DNA of 64,000 bases from Paraspadella gotoi (GCA_051294375.1 CM119264.1:15092682-15156681), one strand, 5' to 3'; positions 12,066 through 27,000 are shown, counted from the first letter of the stretch. Notes: generated from the sequence alone by a model not told the origin. Numbers and translations are program-made.

Positions 12066-14170
12066 TAAATAATTAAATATTCGATTTTAGACTTAGGGTT
12101 AATTATTAAAGCTAACGTCTCGGTTTGGGCAAAACCGGTTTATTTGTATAAAATTAGAAGAAAAAAAATTTTTAGGCACAATGATTATAAAAAAGTTGTG
12201 AGGGAGAGAGAGCGAGAGAGAGAGAGCATGAGAGGATTTTGTGTACTTCGAATCGACGGAGAAAAACGAGGAGAACGAGGTTTTTATTAGATTAAGTTGA
12301 AGTAATGGGTGGTCAAAGGAAATGAGAGAGAGANNNNNNNNNNNNNNNNNNNNNNNNNNNNNNNNNNNNNNNNNNNNNNNNNNNNNNNNNNNNNNNNNNN
12401 NNNNNNNNNNNNNNNNNNNNNNNNNNNNNNNNNNNNNNNNNNNNNNNNNNNNNNNNNNNNNNNNNNNNNNNNNNNNNNNNNNNGAGAGAGAGAGAGAGAG
12501 AGAATGAGTCGAATAAAAAATGGTCGCAGTTAGTGAATGTGGTTTTGTCTGGAGTGACGATGTTTGTGTTCGTGAGTGACCCTATACTAAGAATCTATTT
12601 TCGTGAGTGACCCTATACTAAGAATCTATTTTCTCCTCTAAAGAGAAACAGAAACAGGAAATCAGAATACGAGAGGTAAACTGATAAATTTTGCTGAGAA
12701 AACTATGTTGTTTTTAAGGTTGACACGAGGAGAAATTTAAACGTGGATGCGTGGAGTCGTGGATAGATTTGCGATCCATTGGGCCGCAGCAAATGCCAGT
12801 AAGTCGTCGGAGCAATGACTTGCCGGGTCAGATTCTGAAACGCAAGACATGCGCCGGAGCAAACGCTGATGCGGGAAGACGAGTTCCGGGGAAGACGTCT
12901 GCCGCCGGGTCAGTCGACGTAATCAAATTTGAAATCCAATCGGAGAAGAGATTAAACGATGAATTTTCTTTTTCCCCCGACGACAGAACGAGGAAAAAGG
13001 GAGGAGGAAAAGTCAGGAAGGAAAGGGACGAAAGCTTTAAAGATGATAATCTGTCAAATATATTTTTTCATTGATTTAGTAAAATATTGATCTTGCAGAA
13101 AAGTTATTGGCCGCGGCCTTTAAAATTAAATTATTTTAAAACTTCAGGCCGAGGAAAAATTATTGCCTCTGTTAAGTATAGATCTGATTTGTTAAAATAA
13201 AGTCCGCTGATGCCAGTGGGCCTAAAAGAGTAGTGTATGTCTTAAGATTGAATCATCAATCAAGCCTTAAACAGATTTGTTAGGAATTTTTTTTATGGCT
13301 GATTCCCTATAAAACAATAGATGTCCCATGAAAAATTAATAGGACTGTGAGCGTAGTGAAGAGTTACGTAAAAAAAATTTTTAAAGTCCAAATTTTTTTA
13401 ATTTTCGTAGTAGCTATATATATTTTATATAGTAATATCCTTATAAACATGAAAAATTCAAAATCAATTTTACTTAAATTTTTCTTACAGGATTTCGAAA
13501 TAATTCATTGTGGTCAAAAGTTGAGTTAAAAAAAACAAACCTCTTTTTAACTACTTTTGTACTCTTTTTAACACTCCTGTTTTTGATAAAAATGTTCTTT
13601 CTAATTAAGTGGGTTAAGGAAAATAAAGAAACTATATTAAGCATATAAAATGTTAAATTTCAGCTTAAAATATAGGTTTTTCTGATGTTGAACCAACTTA
13701 ATGAAAGAATTTTTCAAAACACTATTTTGAAATTTTAACATTTATAGGATTAGTACTATGTATAAATATGGCCTACTGCGTAAATTGTAAAATTTATATT
13801 AAAAATCGTTTATACACAAATGTTTATGAGTATAATGTTGTTCGTTTCGCACTTTTAGTTAAATTTAGAATTTTTACTTCGCTNNNNNNNNNNNNNNNNN
13901 NNNNNNNNNNNNNNNNNNNNNNNNNNNNNNNNNNNNNNNNNNNNNNNNNNNNNNNNNNNNNNNNNNNNNNNNNNNNNNNNNNNNNNNNNNNNNNNNNNNN
14001 NNNNNNNNNNNNNNNNNNNNNNNNNNNNNNNNNNNNNNNNNNAGCCTAAGATGTTGTAGTTGACGACAACGATGATGATGATGATGATATTTTTTTTGGT
14101 CCAGCATAATGAGATTCGGAGTCGCATGAGTCTCGGTTGTATAAAAAAGGTTAAACGTATACAATTTCCT

Positions 14171-14208
<38 letters not shown>

Positions 14209-15551
14209 NNNNNNNNNNNNNNNNNNNNNNNNNNNNNNNNNNNNNNNNNNNNNNNNNNNNNNNNNNNNNNNNNNNNNNNNNNNNNNNNNNNNNNNNNNNN
14301 NNNNNNNNNNNNNNNNNNNNNNNNNNNNNNNNNNNNNNNNNNNNNNNNNNNNNNNNNNNNNNNNNNNNNNNNNNNNNNNNNNNNNNNNNNNNNNNNNNNN
14401 NNNNNNNNNNNNNNNNNNNNNNNNNNNNNNNNNNNNNNNNNNNNNNNNNNNNNNNNNNNNNNNNNNNNNNNNNNNNNNNNNNNNNNNNNNNNNNNNNNNN
14501 NNNNNNNNCGGCCTCGAAAAGGAAAGAAGTTCCTTTCGACTCTAAAATATTCCTTAAAAAACTCTAAATTTTTTTTTACTTTAAGGAATTAAATCTTTTT
14601 TTATCCTTGTTTTTGGGTGTCAGAAAAAAATATTTTAACAACTATTTAGCAACATTTTCGTTTAAAGTAAAATATTTCTTTCTTAAACCGTTTTATAGGT
14701 ATTAATGTATTTACGATAATCAATTATTTTTGCTTCTAAAAAAAAAAGAACATATGACCACCCGGATTCTTTGAACGTCTTCGTCGGATCTCATTTCTTT
14801 CTTCCTCCTCTTCCTGCTCCTTATCTGGCCTCTTCTCTCCGGCGAAATGGGCATTTACCCGAATATGAGCAGTTGCCCTCAAATTGGCAGACGGCTCAAA
14901 ACTCTTCCGCCTCGGGAACAACATTTTCCATTCGTCGATGCGTTTATTGCTTTGATTCAGTCAATCATTCATCCGTGATTTCACTGTCTCAACCAGTGTG
15001 GATCACATTGCGAGAATTATTCTCTTCGTAGGCGTCTTCATAAATGTGCATTCATGCACTTTATCCATTTATCTGAAAATATTTTACACCGTTTTTTTGT
15101 GTAAATCGAAAACAGTACAGTGTAATGCGTACACTTCTCTTCTATGAAAACCCCCCAAAGGTGGGATAGGCACGTAAATTAAAGAACCATCTTAATTGAA
15201 AACATGTTTTTAGTCGTAAAATGTAATTCGTTATTTACTTTTCATTCTTATGACAATCTTCATCGACGATAGATCCGTGTTCATAAGGACGCAGCTTCCT
15301 TAGTCATTGAACAATGAACATCCGTCGCTTTTGTTGTTCTTCTCTGTATCGTTTTATTTCATTGTTGTAAACTTACATACAGTCCCTTTTTCGCTCGAAA
15401 AGCCATTCATAATATTTTGTATAAATAATAATAGTTAATAACTCGTCACTTTTAAACTGCGCCTCATTTCATGTCTTTCTGACATTTTGTCCGCTTTTTC
15501 TCTCTCTCCTAATCGCGGCTCTTTGATTGAACCTAAAAAGCTTCGGCGCCA

Positions 15552-15635
<84 letters not shown>

Positions 15636-15737
15636 GTCCATTGAATTTATGGGAGGAAACCATCGGAAAGTCATCATGACTGAATTGTCCTTTAAAGAGA
15701 AGGGAGAAAGAGGGAGGGGAGAAGCGAGAAAAAAAAT

Positions 15738-15840
<103 letters not shown>

Positions 15841-17219
15841 GTAGGATGGTTGCTGAAAATGTAATAAAAATATTTTCAGCAGAAATCCGTTTCCGGTTTT
15901 TGGAAGGCGCTTTTTTGCTTTTTTGCTTTTTTGCTTTTTTCATTTCCTCCAAAACTCAGTCGATCAAATCTTTCTGCTTTTTCATCTGCTTCAGTAGAAC
16001 ATTCATCGAAATTCAGAATATTAGTTTCTTCCGCGAATGATTGTTATAAGCAACTACGTTATTGAATGCAGGCTAAAGTTTAGTAAATTTTTTAAGAAAA
16101 AAACTGTCGGAAATTTTTTAAGTAATCGTTTACTTTGAAATTGATTGGGAAACTTTTGCCAACCCGCTGTAAGAACGAAAAAAAAGAACAAAAAAAAGAT
16201 TTTCGTGCGAATATTTACGCACAAAAGGAGACAGAATTCGAGTGGAAAAGAGTCAGTCGAAGGAAAAATGTCTCAGGGTAAATTAAAAGCAAATTTCAGT
16301 CAGTATTGGTTAGAATGTAAAAATCTACAACATTTATAATTAAATAAAATGATGGGCCTTGGGAAGCACCGACCAATAGACGAATTCAAATATTTCAAAT
16401 AACTTAATATAGCAACAGTCGGGTTTTCCCTAATTCCCAGATGGGGCATTGGATCTTAGTAGCTCATAGGAATGGCATGGATACCCTGAAAAGCCACAAT
16501 CTTTAATTTATTATTCAAGTCCGTTGTTGTGTTCAATTTTTAAAAAAATGATAAAGAAAAGATGAAGAGAAAGTTCAGCCAATCTCATTGGCCCAGACGA
16601 GGAAGGGTTGCGTTCCATCCACACTCCACACTCCTAACGAATTTCCTCTCCGTTGTCAAAGCGAGACCGTCCTAGGGTAACCGCTGCAGTGACAGGAGGC
16701 GTCACTAAGGGTCGGAAGCCCCCAAAGCTAACAGTGAGCTGCCCCCTCCCAATGGGCATCACAGGCAACCCGGCTATTGGCATAATAGCTACATTTATAA
16801 TATATTTTATTTATTTATTTATATTTATTTCAGGGAAGGAAAATATATTTTTCTCTCTACACCATAGTTACATACTAGATATTACCTTTTTATGAAAAAA
16901 TTATTTTTAAAAAGGGCGGGTCTTCGTTTCCGAGAACGGGTTTCGCTCTCAAATTTATTTTAAGTCGTACCAAAGAAATACCGAGCGGCAAGCGGTATCG
17001 CCGAGAGCGAAGCGTGAGAAAAAAAAATAAATCCAGTTATTCGGCGATCGATTTCCATTACCGCCTTTTTTTTCGGATCAAAGCCAATACAAAGAGAAAA
17101 TTCGAGCAGGGGGAAAAGACTTTCTAACCCGCGGCGAAACTCAAACTCTGGGTTTTTGGGTCCTCGAAGCAAAGTCGCGAACTCAATCAGTTGTGATCCA
17201 AATTAATCCTGGTCGGGAG

Positions 17220-17276
<57 letters not shown>

Positions 17277-19154
17277 GCAGAATTCTCCTCAATCCCCGCA
17301 CAATGCGGGTCCGACAGGAAAATTGGGTCGGGCGCCGCTCTGAGGATCCGCAGGAAATAAACAACGATGATGGGAGGGAAGGGGAGGGAAATCATTGTTT
17401 TTTTAACAAAGAACAGAGCTATTTTTGGGTTCCTCGCTAAAAGAACAAAGGACAGAGAGAGATATGCGGGGGAGAGGTGAGGGAGAGCCGAGAAAATTCC
17501 AAAAGACGAGAAGTCCACGGGAATCCTGAACTGGACTTAACGAATCAAGTGGGGGGAGGCGGGGGGGGGGCTTTACGAAGCTATGGAAATATCAGCAAGG
17601 GACTAATTGTTTTATCACGAGGATTTTATTTGGATTTTAAAAGAAAGACTTTCTGGGGTTATCGACTCCTGGGATTTTTTGCAACAAAAATAATATGAGT
17701 TCGCAAATACGAGAAGGCATAAAAAAAAACATAGAATTGAAAACAATTTTGAGTTTTATCTCCTCGAGTGTAGAAAAAGGAAAAACCACAAATGGCTTCG
17801 TTGCTCTCAAGTTACACATTGAGGAGCCAAAGGTCAGCCGCGCGATAGTACGTTTTTTGTTCGACTGAACATCGCAAGTTCTGCCCTTTATTCGACTCTG
17901 GCGTGCTTTCAACAAATTCCGCCAGGTGCGTCGAGTCTCGATATCGTCAATGGTTATGCCATTCGACGGTGACGGCGACTGTAGCGGCTGCGATTGCTGC
18001 GGCGGCGGCTTCGGTTATGATAGCCAATATGTCGTTACTGCGGTGTTTGCAAAGGCGGTGAAAAAAAAACGAACACTTACTAGTTTTCTTACTTTAATAC
18101 ATCTTTAAATAGTTTTTCAGCTTTCATCTTTCTCTTTGGCTTGTAAAACTGTAAGCAAATGATGTCAAAACTTTGAATCGGGGATCTGCAGCAAAAAATT
18201 GCCACACGTGGCAATGATCGTGACGTGATCGGTCAGGGATTGAGAGAGAGTGAGATGAGGTCGCGTGTTGCTGCTGCCACAGAACTTCGTCAATTTTACG
18301 TATTTGGGTATTGGAGAGCGGGAAAGAAGGATGAGGTAGTAGTTATCGTTCCTGACGCTTATTACAGATGTCTCTTTGCGTCTCGTCGTCGCAAAGAACA
18401 AATAAACAATAAAAAGGCTTATGGCTTCAGCCACGGACGACGTCTTAAGTCATCGGGCGGCNNNNNNNNNNAGAAAAAATTATCAGAATATAAAAAAGAA
18501 AGTAAAAAAGCGAAAGACGAAGAATGAGTAAAGGGAATTGGAATGTGAATAAAGGGAAGAATGAGAATGAAAAAGAGAGTGAGAAGAAGAAAGAGGAGAA
18601 TGAGAAAGACAATGGGAATGAGAAAGGTGTAAGTCGCACGAAGGAAAACTAGAGAAAATGGTCCTCCTTCCTAGACGCGATGCGAGAGGCTAACGCCAAT
18701 TGATGAGGAAGACGGAACAAAGGAGGAAGAAGAAAAGGGAGAAAATGAGTTGGACGAAAGGCTCTGAGTTGGTGACAGATATCTGTGTGGAAACCGAGCG
18801 ATCGATCTCGCATTGGTCACCGCTTTTGCGACGGTTTTGCGATAGTCGTGTCTTTTGATTATTATTTTACACGCAAAGTAAGGAAAAGTAGTTCTAATGT
18901 TAAACTTCTAAGGGCACAAAGAAGGAAAGTACAATCATTTATCAAAACTTCAAATCTCGAAAACTACACTTTATCGTCTTTCAACTTCGAATGAGGAAGC
19001 ACAAAGGAGAAAGGAATTGTAGGAGAAGAGAGGAAAATTCTTCCCTCCTTTTGATTCTCTCAGGTTTTTAAGGGACATTTCGCTCACGGATATGTGTAAC
19101 GAGAAGAAAAGGTCAAGGTGACGAGAGAGAAGAGAGAGGAGAGAGGAGAGAGAG

Positions 19155-19214
<60 letters not shown>

Positions 19215-19960
19215 AGGAGGAGAAAGGTCAGGATTGAAGCTTCGGAAGGAAAGAAGGAATTGAAATCGACGGGGGGTCAGAGATTGTGGTGGAATCCTTC
19301 GTGAAACGCGGAGTACTTTGACTTTTTCCTCATTTTTTCTCATCCCATTCCTCGCCTCCCCCTCATCATAGTAATTCTAGTTAATCCCCTTAATAATTAC
19401 CATAAAGCCTGAGTTTTCTTCTGATTTAAAGTCCTTGAGACTAAAATGAAAAGCCGAACGATTATTTATTTCCCCCTTTTTTTTTCTGTCTCCCTCTCTC
19501 TCCCACACATATTAAGCTTCTCGAACAATTACTTCTCCATCTACTTAATCTTATTTTTTCCTCATTCCAAGGAATTGTTTTTCATTAAATCGAGGCTTCG
19601 AAACTAAATCCTCGTCTTGAACTTTTCCAGTTTTTTCTCGTATAATTTAACTTTTGATGCAAAGACGGAAATGCGAGGCTTTTCTTTTTACACTTTTTTT
19701 AAAATGGCGATTCGCTAAAATGCAATTTCTCAAGACCACAAAACCATGAATATTATTTGAAAAACAATTAAATACGAGACGACTATAACCAAAGAAAAAA
19801 CTAACTAAGCAACGGGTCTTTCGTTTTTTGACGTCTCGACTGCAGAGCTCCGCAGCTGCGATTTTTAGCGTCCGATTTGCGCCGAAACGAAGTGGAAAAG
19901 CGAAAAATATTTCAATTTTTTTTTGTTGTTGTTGTTTTTTTTTCTTTATCGAAGTCGAAA

Positions 19961-20412
19961 ATGGAAGTTTCAAAAAAGTCGCTAATCATTTACTTTCTTC
20001 TCAACTACCTCTGGTTTGTTCTCGCCAATAACAACAACGACGATGCCAAGGAAAACGACAACTCCACGGTCTCTCGCGCCGTCCTTTCAGAATTCGCCGA
20101 AGTTCGCAGCGCAGTTTTGATTTTGGCGCGATTCGAGAAGCTGCCTCTAGGCGGCGGCAGCATCGACGGAGGAAGAGGCGGCGCCGAAATAGCGGACATC
20201 ATCGGAGCCATTGATTTTCGAGACGAGACCACGAGGTGAGTTGAGGTGAGGTGAATGACGACGACGACGAAACGGGTCCAGGTCTGAGAAGGATGGGATC
20301 CAACGATGGAGAAAAAAATGAAAAAAGAATCGTCTTCTCTGCCAAAGAGCGGATCTAATGACCACCTTGTCTCTTCTGGTCGACTAAGCCTTCCACCCTA
20401 CATAAGATCTAC

Positions 20413-20450
<38 letters not shown>

Positions 20451-20511
20451 TCTACCTTGCCCGCTCCTCTCCCCGCTCGGTCCTATCACGATCTCTCTCT
20501 CTCTTTTCCTC

Positions 20512-20543
<32 letters not shown>

Positions 20544-21008
20544 ATCTCTCTCTCTCTCTTCTCATCCTCTCTCTCTCTCCCTCACAATGTGTTTGTACTA
20601 CCGATTAATAAACTCGTTGAAAGATTCTGCAAGATGCGCAAATAATTGGGTCGCCCCCAGACAGCCCGCGTATCACTCCTCGTAACCCGCAGAGGTCTCT
20701 GGCGGGCGTCGCTAATAATCAGACGAACAAAAGAACAGCCACGCCTCCTTCCCCGCTCTCCAGGGAGGCGATGCGGATGTTGAAGGCGCATCTGGTGGGC
20801 GAGGGACGAAAGCGCGCCGCCACCTTGCTGGAGGAAGTTGCGGTGCTGGACTACGACATCTTGCCGGCCCCGGCGCCACCGAGAAATCCCGGCGGGAAAC
20901 AGGGTAAGGTCTCATTTGGTTGCTGATGGGGAAAGAAGAAAAAAAAGGGAAAAAAAGGTTTTCAACAAGAAAATGAGATGAAAGATTCGTAAGTCGGTTC
21001 CCCGCGTG

Positions 21009-21048
<40 letters not shown>

Positions 21049-24000
21049 CGTCGTCGTCGTCGACGTCGTCGTCGTATTCGCCTGTTTTTTGTTTCGTCTA
21101 ATGTGCGACCGTTTTTCATGTTTAATTTACAAATGGCTTCTGCTGTTTCAGTCGCAGGAACAAGAAAGTGAAAACGACATTTTTCAATGTCTCTTCTCCT
21201 GATTTTCTCTTTTCTCTGTTTTGTTTTTTTCTCGCTTTCACTTTGTCCCTTTTGTTTCCTTTTTTTCCTCCTACTTTTGCGCCTCTTCGTTTGAGAAGAA
21301 AACAAAATGAAAGTTTCTTCTTCTTTTTCTTCTTCTTTTTATATCTTTTGATCATTCGACGCATTCATCCCATTTTCTTATCTTTTTTCATTTCGTCACG
21401 TTTTCTTACTGCCTTACATAAGACATATTTTTATAAATATTTAGTTTTTTTTTCATTTTCTTTCTTGGTTTCGCCAAATTTCTTTCCCAATCTCGCAATT
21501 TCTCGGGGTCTGCCCCAAAGTGTGAAAGTGGATGACTTTGAGTCTTGGAGTGTAAAGCTACTTAGCATTAAAGGCCTTGGAGCCAAATCAGCCAGATTTA
21601 ACCCCCAGGTAGGAAAATTATCTTAAGGCTTTATAGACAAATGTGTAAAATTATGTAAATAACATTCAGAAATAGGGTGGAAAACTACTACATCGTGACC
21701 ATTTGAAACCTGACTCTATAAAAAATTCACTATACAATTTTTTTTATATCATAGTATACAGTTTTTAGTATCAATATTATTGCTTTTTTTTTTAAATACT
21801 TTTTTATAAATCGTCATGAAAATGGGACAAAAATTCAAGTATCTTAAAATCACGTTTTCGTTTGGTGAATGTTTTCTAGCGGCTTGTTTAAAATAATAAT
21901 ATTTTAAAGGCCGGCATGTCAAGGAAGGTAGCGTTCAGACCCAGAGTGGCAAATTATATGGCATTGAAGCCCTGGCTTAGAAATTAGATGGCTTTAAGGG
22001 GTGAGCGGCGGTGGAGTCGCTGAGAAACAAAAGCCGTGCAACAATTCCGAATTCATCTCGACGTAATTGAGTCGCAAGAAATGGTTATGGCGGTTCTATA
22101 TTTATGGAGTCTCGGCGGACCCGCGACACTTTTTACACCAAATGGAGTCCGAAAAAATGAAGTTNNNNNNNNNNNNNNNNNNNNNNNNNNNNNNNNNNNN
22201 NNNNNNNNNNNNNNNNNNNNNNNNNNNNNNNNNNNNNNNNNNNNNNNNNNNNNNNNNNNNNNNNNNNNNNNNNNNNNNNNNNNNNNNNNNNNNNNNNNNN
22301 NNNNNNNNNNNNNNNNNNNNNNNNNNNNNNNNNNNNNNNNNNNNNNNNNNNNNNNNNNNNNNNNNNNNNNNNNNNNNNNNNNNNNNNNNNNNNNNNNNNN
22401 NNNNNNNNNNNNNNNNNNNNNNNNNNNNNNNNNNNNNNNNNNNNNNNNNNNNNNNNNNNNNNNNNNNNNNNNNNNNNNNNNNNNNNNNNNNNNNNNNNNN
22501 NNNNNNNNNNNNNNNNNNNNNNNNNNNNNNNNNNNNNNNNNNNNNNNNNNNNNNNNNNNNNNNNNNNNNNNNNNNNNNNNNNNNNNNNNNNNNNNNNNNN
22601 NNNNNNNNNNNNNNNNNNNNNNNNNNNNNNNNNNNNNNNNNNNNNNNNNNNNNNNNNNNNNNNNNNNNNNNNNNNNNNNNNNNNNNNNNNNNNNNNNNNN
22701 NNNNNNNNNNNNNNNNNNNNNNNNNNNNNNNNNNNNNNNNNNNNNNNNNNNNNNNNNNNNNNNNNNNNNNNNNNNNNNNNNNNNNNNNNNNNNNNNNNNN
22801 NNNNNNNNNNNNNNNNNNNNNNNNNNNNNNNNNNNNNNNNNNNNNNNNNNNNNNNNNNNNNNNNNNNNTTCTCGCTATTTCTTTTCTCGCTTGCTCTCTC
22901 TCTTTTATTCGATGCCAAGCCAATTTTATTCGCAGTTCTTTCGTTCTCTCGAACGAGGCCATTTTGTCACTCGCCTCAATTTTTCAGCTCGTCTCTCGTA
23001 AAACCCTTAATCCTTTCTTTTCTTCCCTCGACCCAACTTATTTCCCTCCGAAGAAAAAACCCTTAATCCTTTTATCCAACAGAGAATACCCAAGCACGTT
23101 TTAAGATATATTTGCAATAAATTTAACATTTAAATTTTTTTTATATTTGTTTGACTCTACTTACCTTTTCTTTCAAAAGAAACGTTTAATGGCTTTAAAA
23201 ATAAAAAAAACCCCGATCCCTTCCCTCCTTCCAGAGGAGACAGAATCGGCCCGACTGGCCAAGTTGCTGCGTCACAGCATCAAATTGCAGTTGGAAAACA
23301 TCAAAGGGAAAATCGACGTTGAGTTGCGGAAGAAGATCAAGGATCTGCAGTCCAGTTTGGCGAAGGAGGTGGAGAGAGAGGAGAGCGAGAGGGAGAGAGG
23401 GGAGGAGGAGGGGGGAAGCGAAGAGAAGAAGAAGGAGGACGCCTCCACTATCGTCTCCAAGGCCCAAAGATTGGAGGTCATATTATGAACGGATTTCGCT
23501 TTTTCTATGTTTACTTTTTTCTTCTACTATCTTTCCACGTTTAACTTCTCTTTTTCTTCTTTTTCTTTTCATCCACCTGAGCAAACTCCTTCCATTCCTC
23601 CCACTGTCCACAACCCTCTACTCCACCCAGATCTCCCTCCACAACTTCCTCCACGTCTTCCACCACGACCTCGTCCTCCGCTCGATGGAGAATCCGGCGT
23701 CTATTCCTTCAACCTTCGCGGCGTCCATCGATGGCATCCGGCGCCCATCGGCGCTCCTTTCTGACGTCGCCTTCAACTTCGAGTCGGGCGAGTGAGTTCG
23801 AAATGTGGAAGGGAGGGCGAGGGAAGACGGAGGGACAGACAGACATCAAGGTCGGCGGACAAAACAAAAAAGAAAGACAAAAGGACAAATTAAATCTAAA
23901 TACAGACTGGCAGATAAACTAATAGAGAGACAGACAGACGGAAAAAGACGACAAAAAAATTATCCATAAAAAAGTAGAACATCAAAACTTATCATTCCCT

Positions 24001-27000
24001 CCCCCCGAGGTACGAGCCGGGTTTCGCCGTCGCCACCCGCCGCCAACGCCGCCGATCTTCGCCGCCTCTCCGACGCCCTCTACGACGTCGAGAACGCGAT
24101 CCTCTTCGGCGGAGAAAGGATCCAGGGCGGGAGGACGCTGGCGGAGGCTGTGCTGAGGAGGACATGCTTGCGGAAGAGGGGCAATTGCGAGTGAGAGAGA
24201 TAGAGAGAGAGAGAGGAGAGAGAAGAAGAGAGAGAGAGAGAGAGAGAGGAGAGGAGGGGAGAAGAGAGAGAGAGAAGAGAGAGAACGTCATAACAACCCA
24301 TATAGCCAATTCCTTTTTTTTTCATACCAAAGATACTTCGTTTGCCAGCGACCTAAAGTAGACGAGGCTTTCCGTTACTTTTTCGATCTTCTTGAACTCG
24401 GCTACGAGTGGCTCAAGGTTGTTACTCATTGTTACTCATCACATTGAATGATTTGTGTTAAAATCTCATTGGCAAACTTTATAAATGGGTCAATTGTGTT
24501 TACTAACCATCAGGTTCTGGGAACGGTTCAATGTCAAAGAAAGCTGCGTCGCTGCAGCGAAGAAACTATGCAGCACTGGATGCCGCCGAAGAAAGACGCA
24601 GCGCTGCAGCATCAAAAGACCCTGCAGAGTAAAATCTCCTGCATGAAGCAATTCAACGACGGATACGAGGAAGAACTCGTTGCCAAGAAGAAGATGGTGG
24701 AGCTGAAGATCGATGAGGAACTGGAGCAGATGAGGAGGGAACTGGAGCGATGCGGTGAGGAGCGGAACTTGTGTAAAGATGATTAGAACAGAGTTAAAAT
24801 TTTTTCCAACCATCATCCCAGCCTGTCCGCCCGGGCGCGTTCCGTCCCCATCTCCCACAGCGCCATGTGTCCCTTGTTCTCCCGGGCGCTACAGCCCCGG
24901 GCACCGTCATCCCGTCTGTCTCCAATGTCCCGTCGGCACCTTCCAATCGGCCTACGGCGCCGACGAGTGCATCGACTGCCGACGAGGATTTTATCAGCAC
25001 CGCGAAGGCGCTGCATCCTGCCTTCCTTGCGCGCAGGGTGGGATTGGCGACGGGGAAGGGGATGGATGAAAAATATAAAACGAGGGACAAAGCGGGAAGA
25101 AAACATTTGATAATTTCTATGTCCCTATAAATCTAAATTTCGACCCCGTTCATGTATTTCAATCTGGCCGTTCAGTTATTTCTATCAGGCCATTCAATTA
25201 TTTTAATATGAGCCCGTTCATTTATTTCAATCAGGTTCCTACAGCGCCTTCCCGGGACAGGCGTCCTGCATTCCGTGCAGCGCTGGTTACGTCGCGCCCG
25301 TGCGTGGCATGAACCTCTGCCTTGCCTGTCCTGCGGGGTTTTATCAGCCGTTTCAAGGACGAGGTGAGGTTAATGCGGATAAGTCCTGAGACTGTACAAA
25401 ACCTGAGCCGAGAAAATTCCTTACAAAACATAAAATATGAAAAAAAACAAAGTATTTGCAAAATTCCAACAGCCGACTGCATTCCCTGTCCAACTGGAAC
25501 ATACGAAGATGGTTCAGCATCGACAGCCTGCAAGAGATGCCCTCTTCATTTCAAGCAACCTTTCGAGGGTCAGCCCGACAAAGACTCGTGTCGCCCGTGT
25601 CGAAGGGGCAATGCTGAAGCGGCGGAACTGCTATGTTCGGGTAAGATTTAATTGATGTTCATTTTCATTGTTGTTTTCATTATCAGCAGATTCCGACTCT
25701 ATAATTCATTTTGTCGGTCCGTCGGTCCCACCCCAAAGTATTGGTAGGAAAGTGTGTGATTGAGCTGGATATAAAGTTTTGATGGAATCGTGCTAGTGAA
25801 AATGAGTTTAAATGAAAAAAAACAAAATTCAAATTTACTTGAAGTATTTTTACCTATATTTACTAATAATAATTATATTTATTAAAAATTAGATAAAAAA
25901 ATTGAAATGAAATTTTGTGTGTGGGTACTGGGTAGGAAAGTATGTGATTAAGCTGGATATTAATTTTTTATGGAAATGTAAGAGTGGTGTTATTTTTTAA
26001 AGTTTCTCTCTCTCTCTATCTCTCTCTCATTGATTGATTTATTGATTGATTCAATCGTTTGCCATTTGTTTTACAAAAGATTGTTTCGAATTCTCCGTCG
26101 TAAGAGGTCTCCTTGAAGAAGAGGACGACGACGACATCGTCGGCAGAAACGTCACTAACGCCGCCTGCGATGGAGTGACATCCGGCGGACGATGGCTCAT
26201 AATTCAAAGGAATCGCCCCATGACTCCGCTGACGACGAGAGAGTTCGCTGACGCCTCTCTCGCCGATTACGTCGCGGGCTTCGGAGACGGCGATGTCGTC
26301 ACCCAACCCCGTGACGCCGATGCCGATCCCGGCGCCAGATTTATTCCTGGAGCCGAGGCGCCGCCCGTTGTCGCCATGGCCTCTGATTCTGGAACCCCCA
26401 CCGGTGCGTTTTGGCTCGGGCTGGACCGGCTGCATCGACTGACCTCCTCCGGCAGCTGGCAGCTGCTGCTGAAGCTTCGCCTGCGGGGGGAAAATTCCCC
26501 GTCCATCGTCGTTTACGACGATTTCGCCGTCGACGACGAATCGAAAAAGTTTTCTTTGATTTTGGGGCCGAAAGTCGAAGAAGAAAATTGGCCGAATCCG
26601 GGATGGGACCCGTTCAGGAGGAAAGGTAAGGGGGGTAAGGAAGGGGCAAAGAGAAAAAGAGAAGAAGGTTTTGTTAGGAAAAAAGAAAAGACAAAAATTT
26701 AAAATTTAAACGAAAGAGCAAATGGAGAGAAATCTAAATCGAGCCATCACCCCCTCGCAACCCCAACCCCATCCACCCCAGTGATCATCCACGCTCGACG
26801 ATCCTCTTTTTCGCTTGACCACCGTCGCTCCACTCCACTCCCCGCCGGGCACTTCGATCCCTTCCCGGCGTTCTCCACGCCCTCTCTCGATAACCGGCGC
26901 TGCGGGTGGGACGACGCCGGCGACGGAATCTGGAAGCAGCCATTGGGCGCCGGGTGGTGGTTCCAGTGCCAGAGCCTCTTGTGCCTCAATTGCGGCGCCA

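Noticed and set aside
12571-12631. 31-bp tandem duplication (also 28-bp x3 at ~36770 and ~55-bp direct repeat at 7550/7820)
   Set aside because: Ordinary local slippage duplications with no further structure.
22036-23104. Long ORFs containing X runs (also 12.3, 13.8-14.5, 40.2-40.9 kb)
   Set aside because: Artefacts of N gaps.
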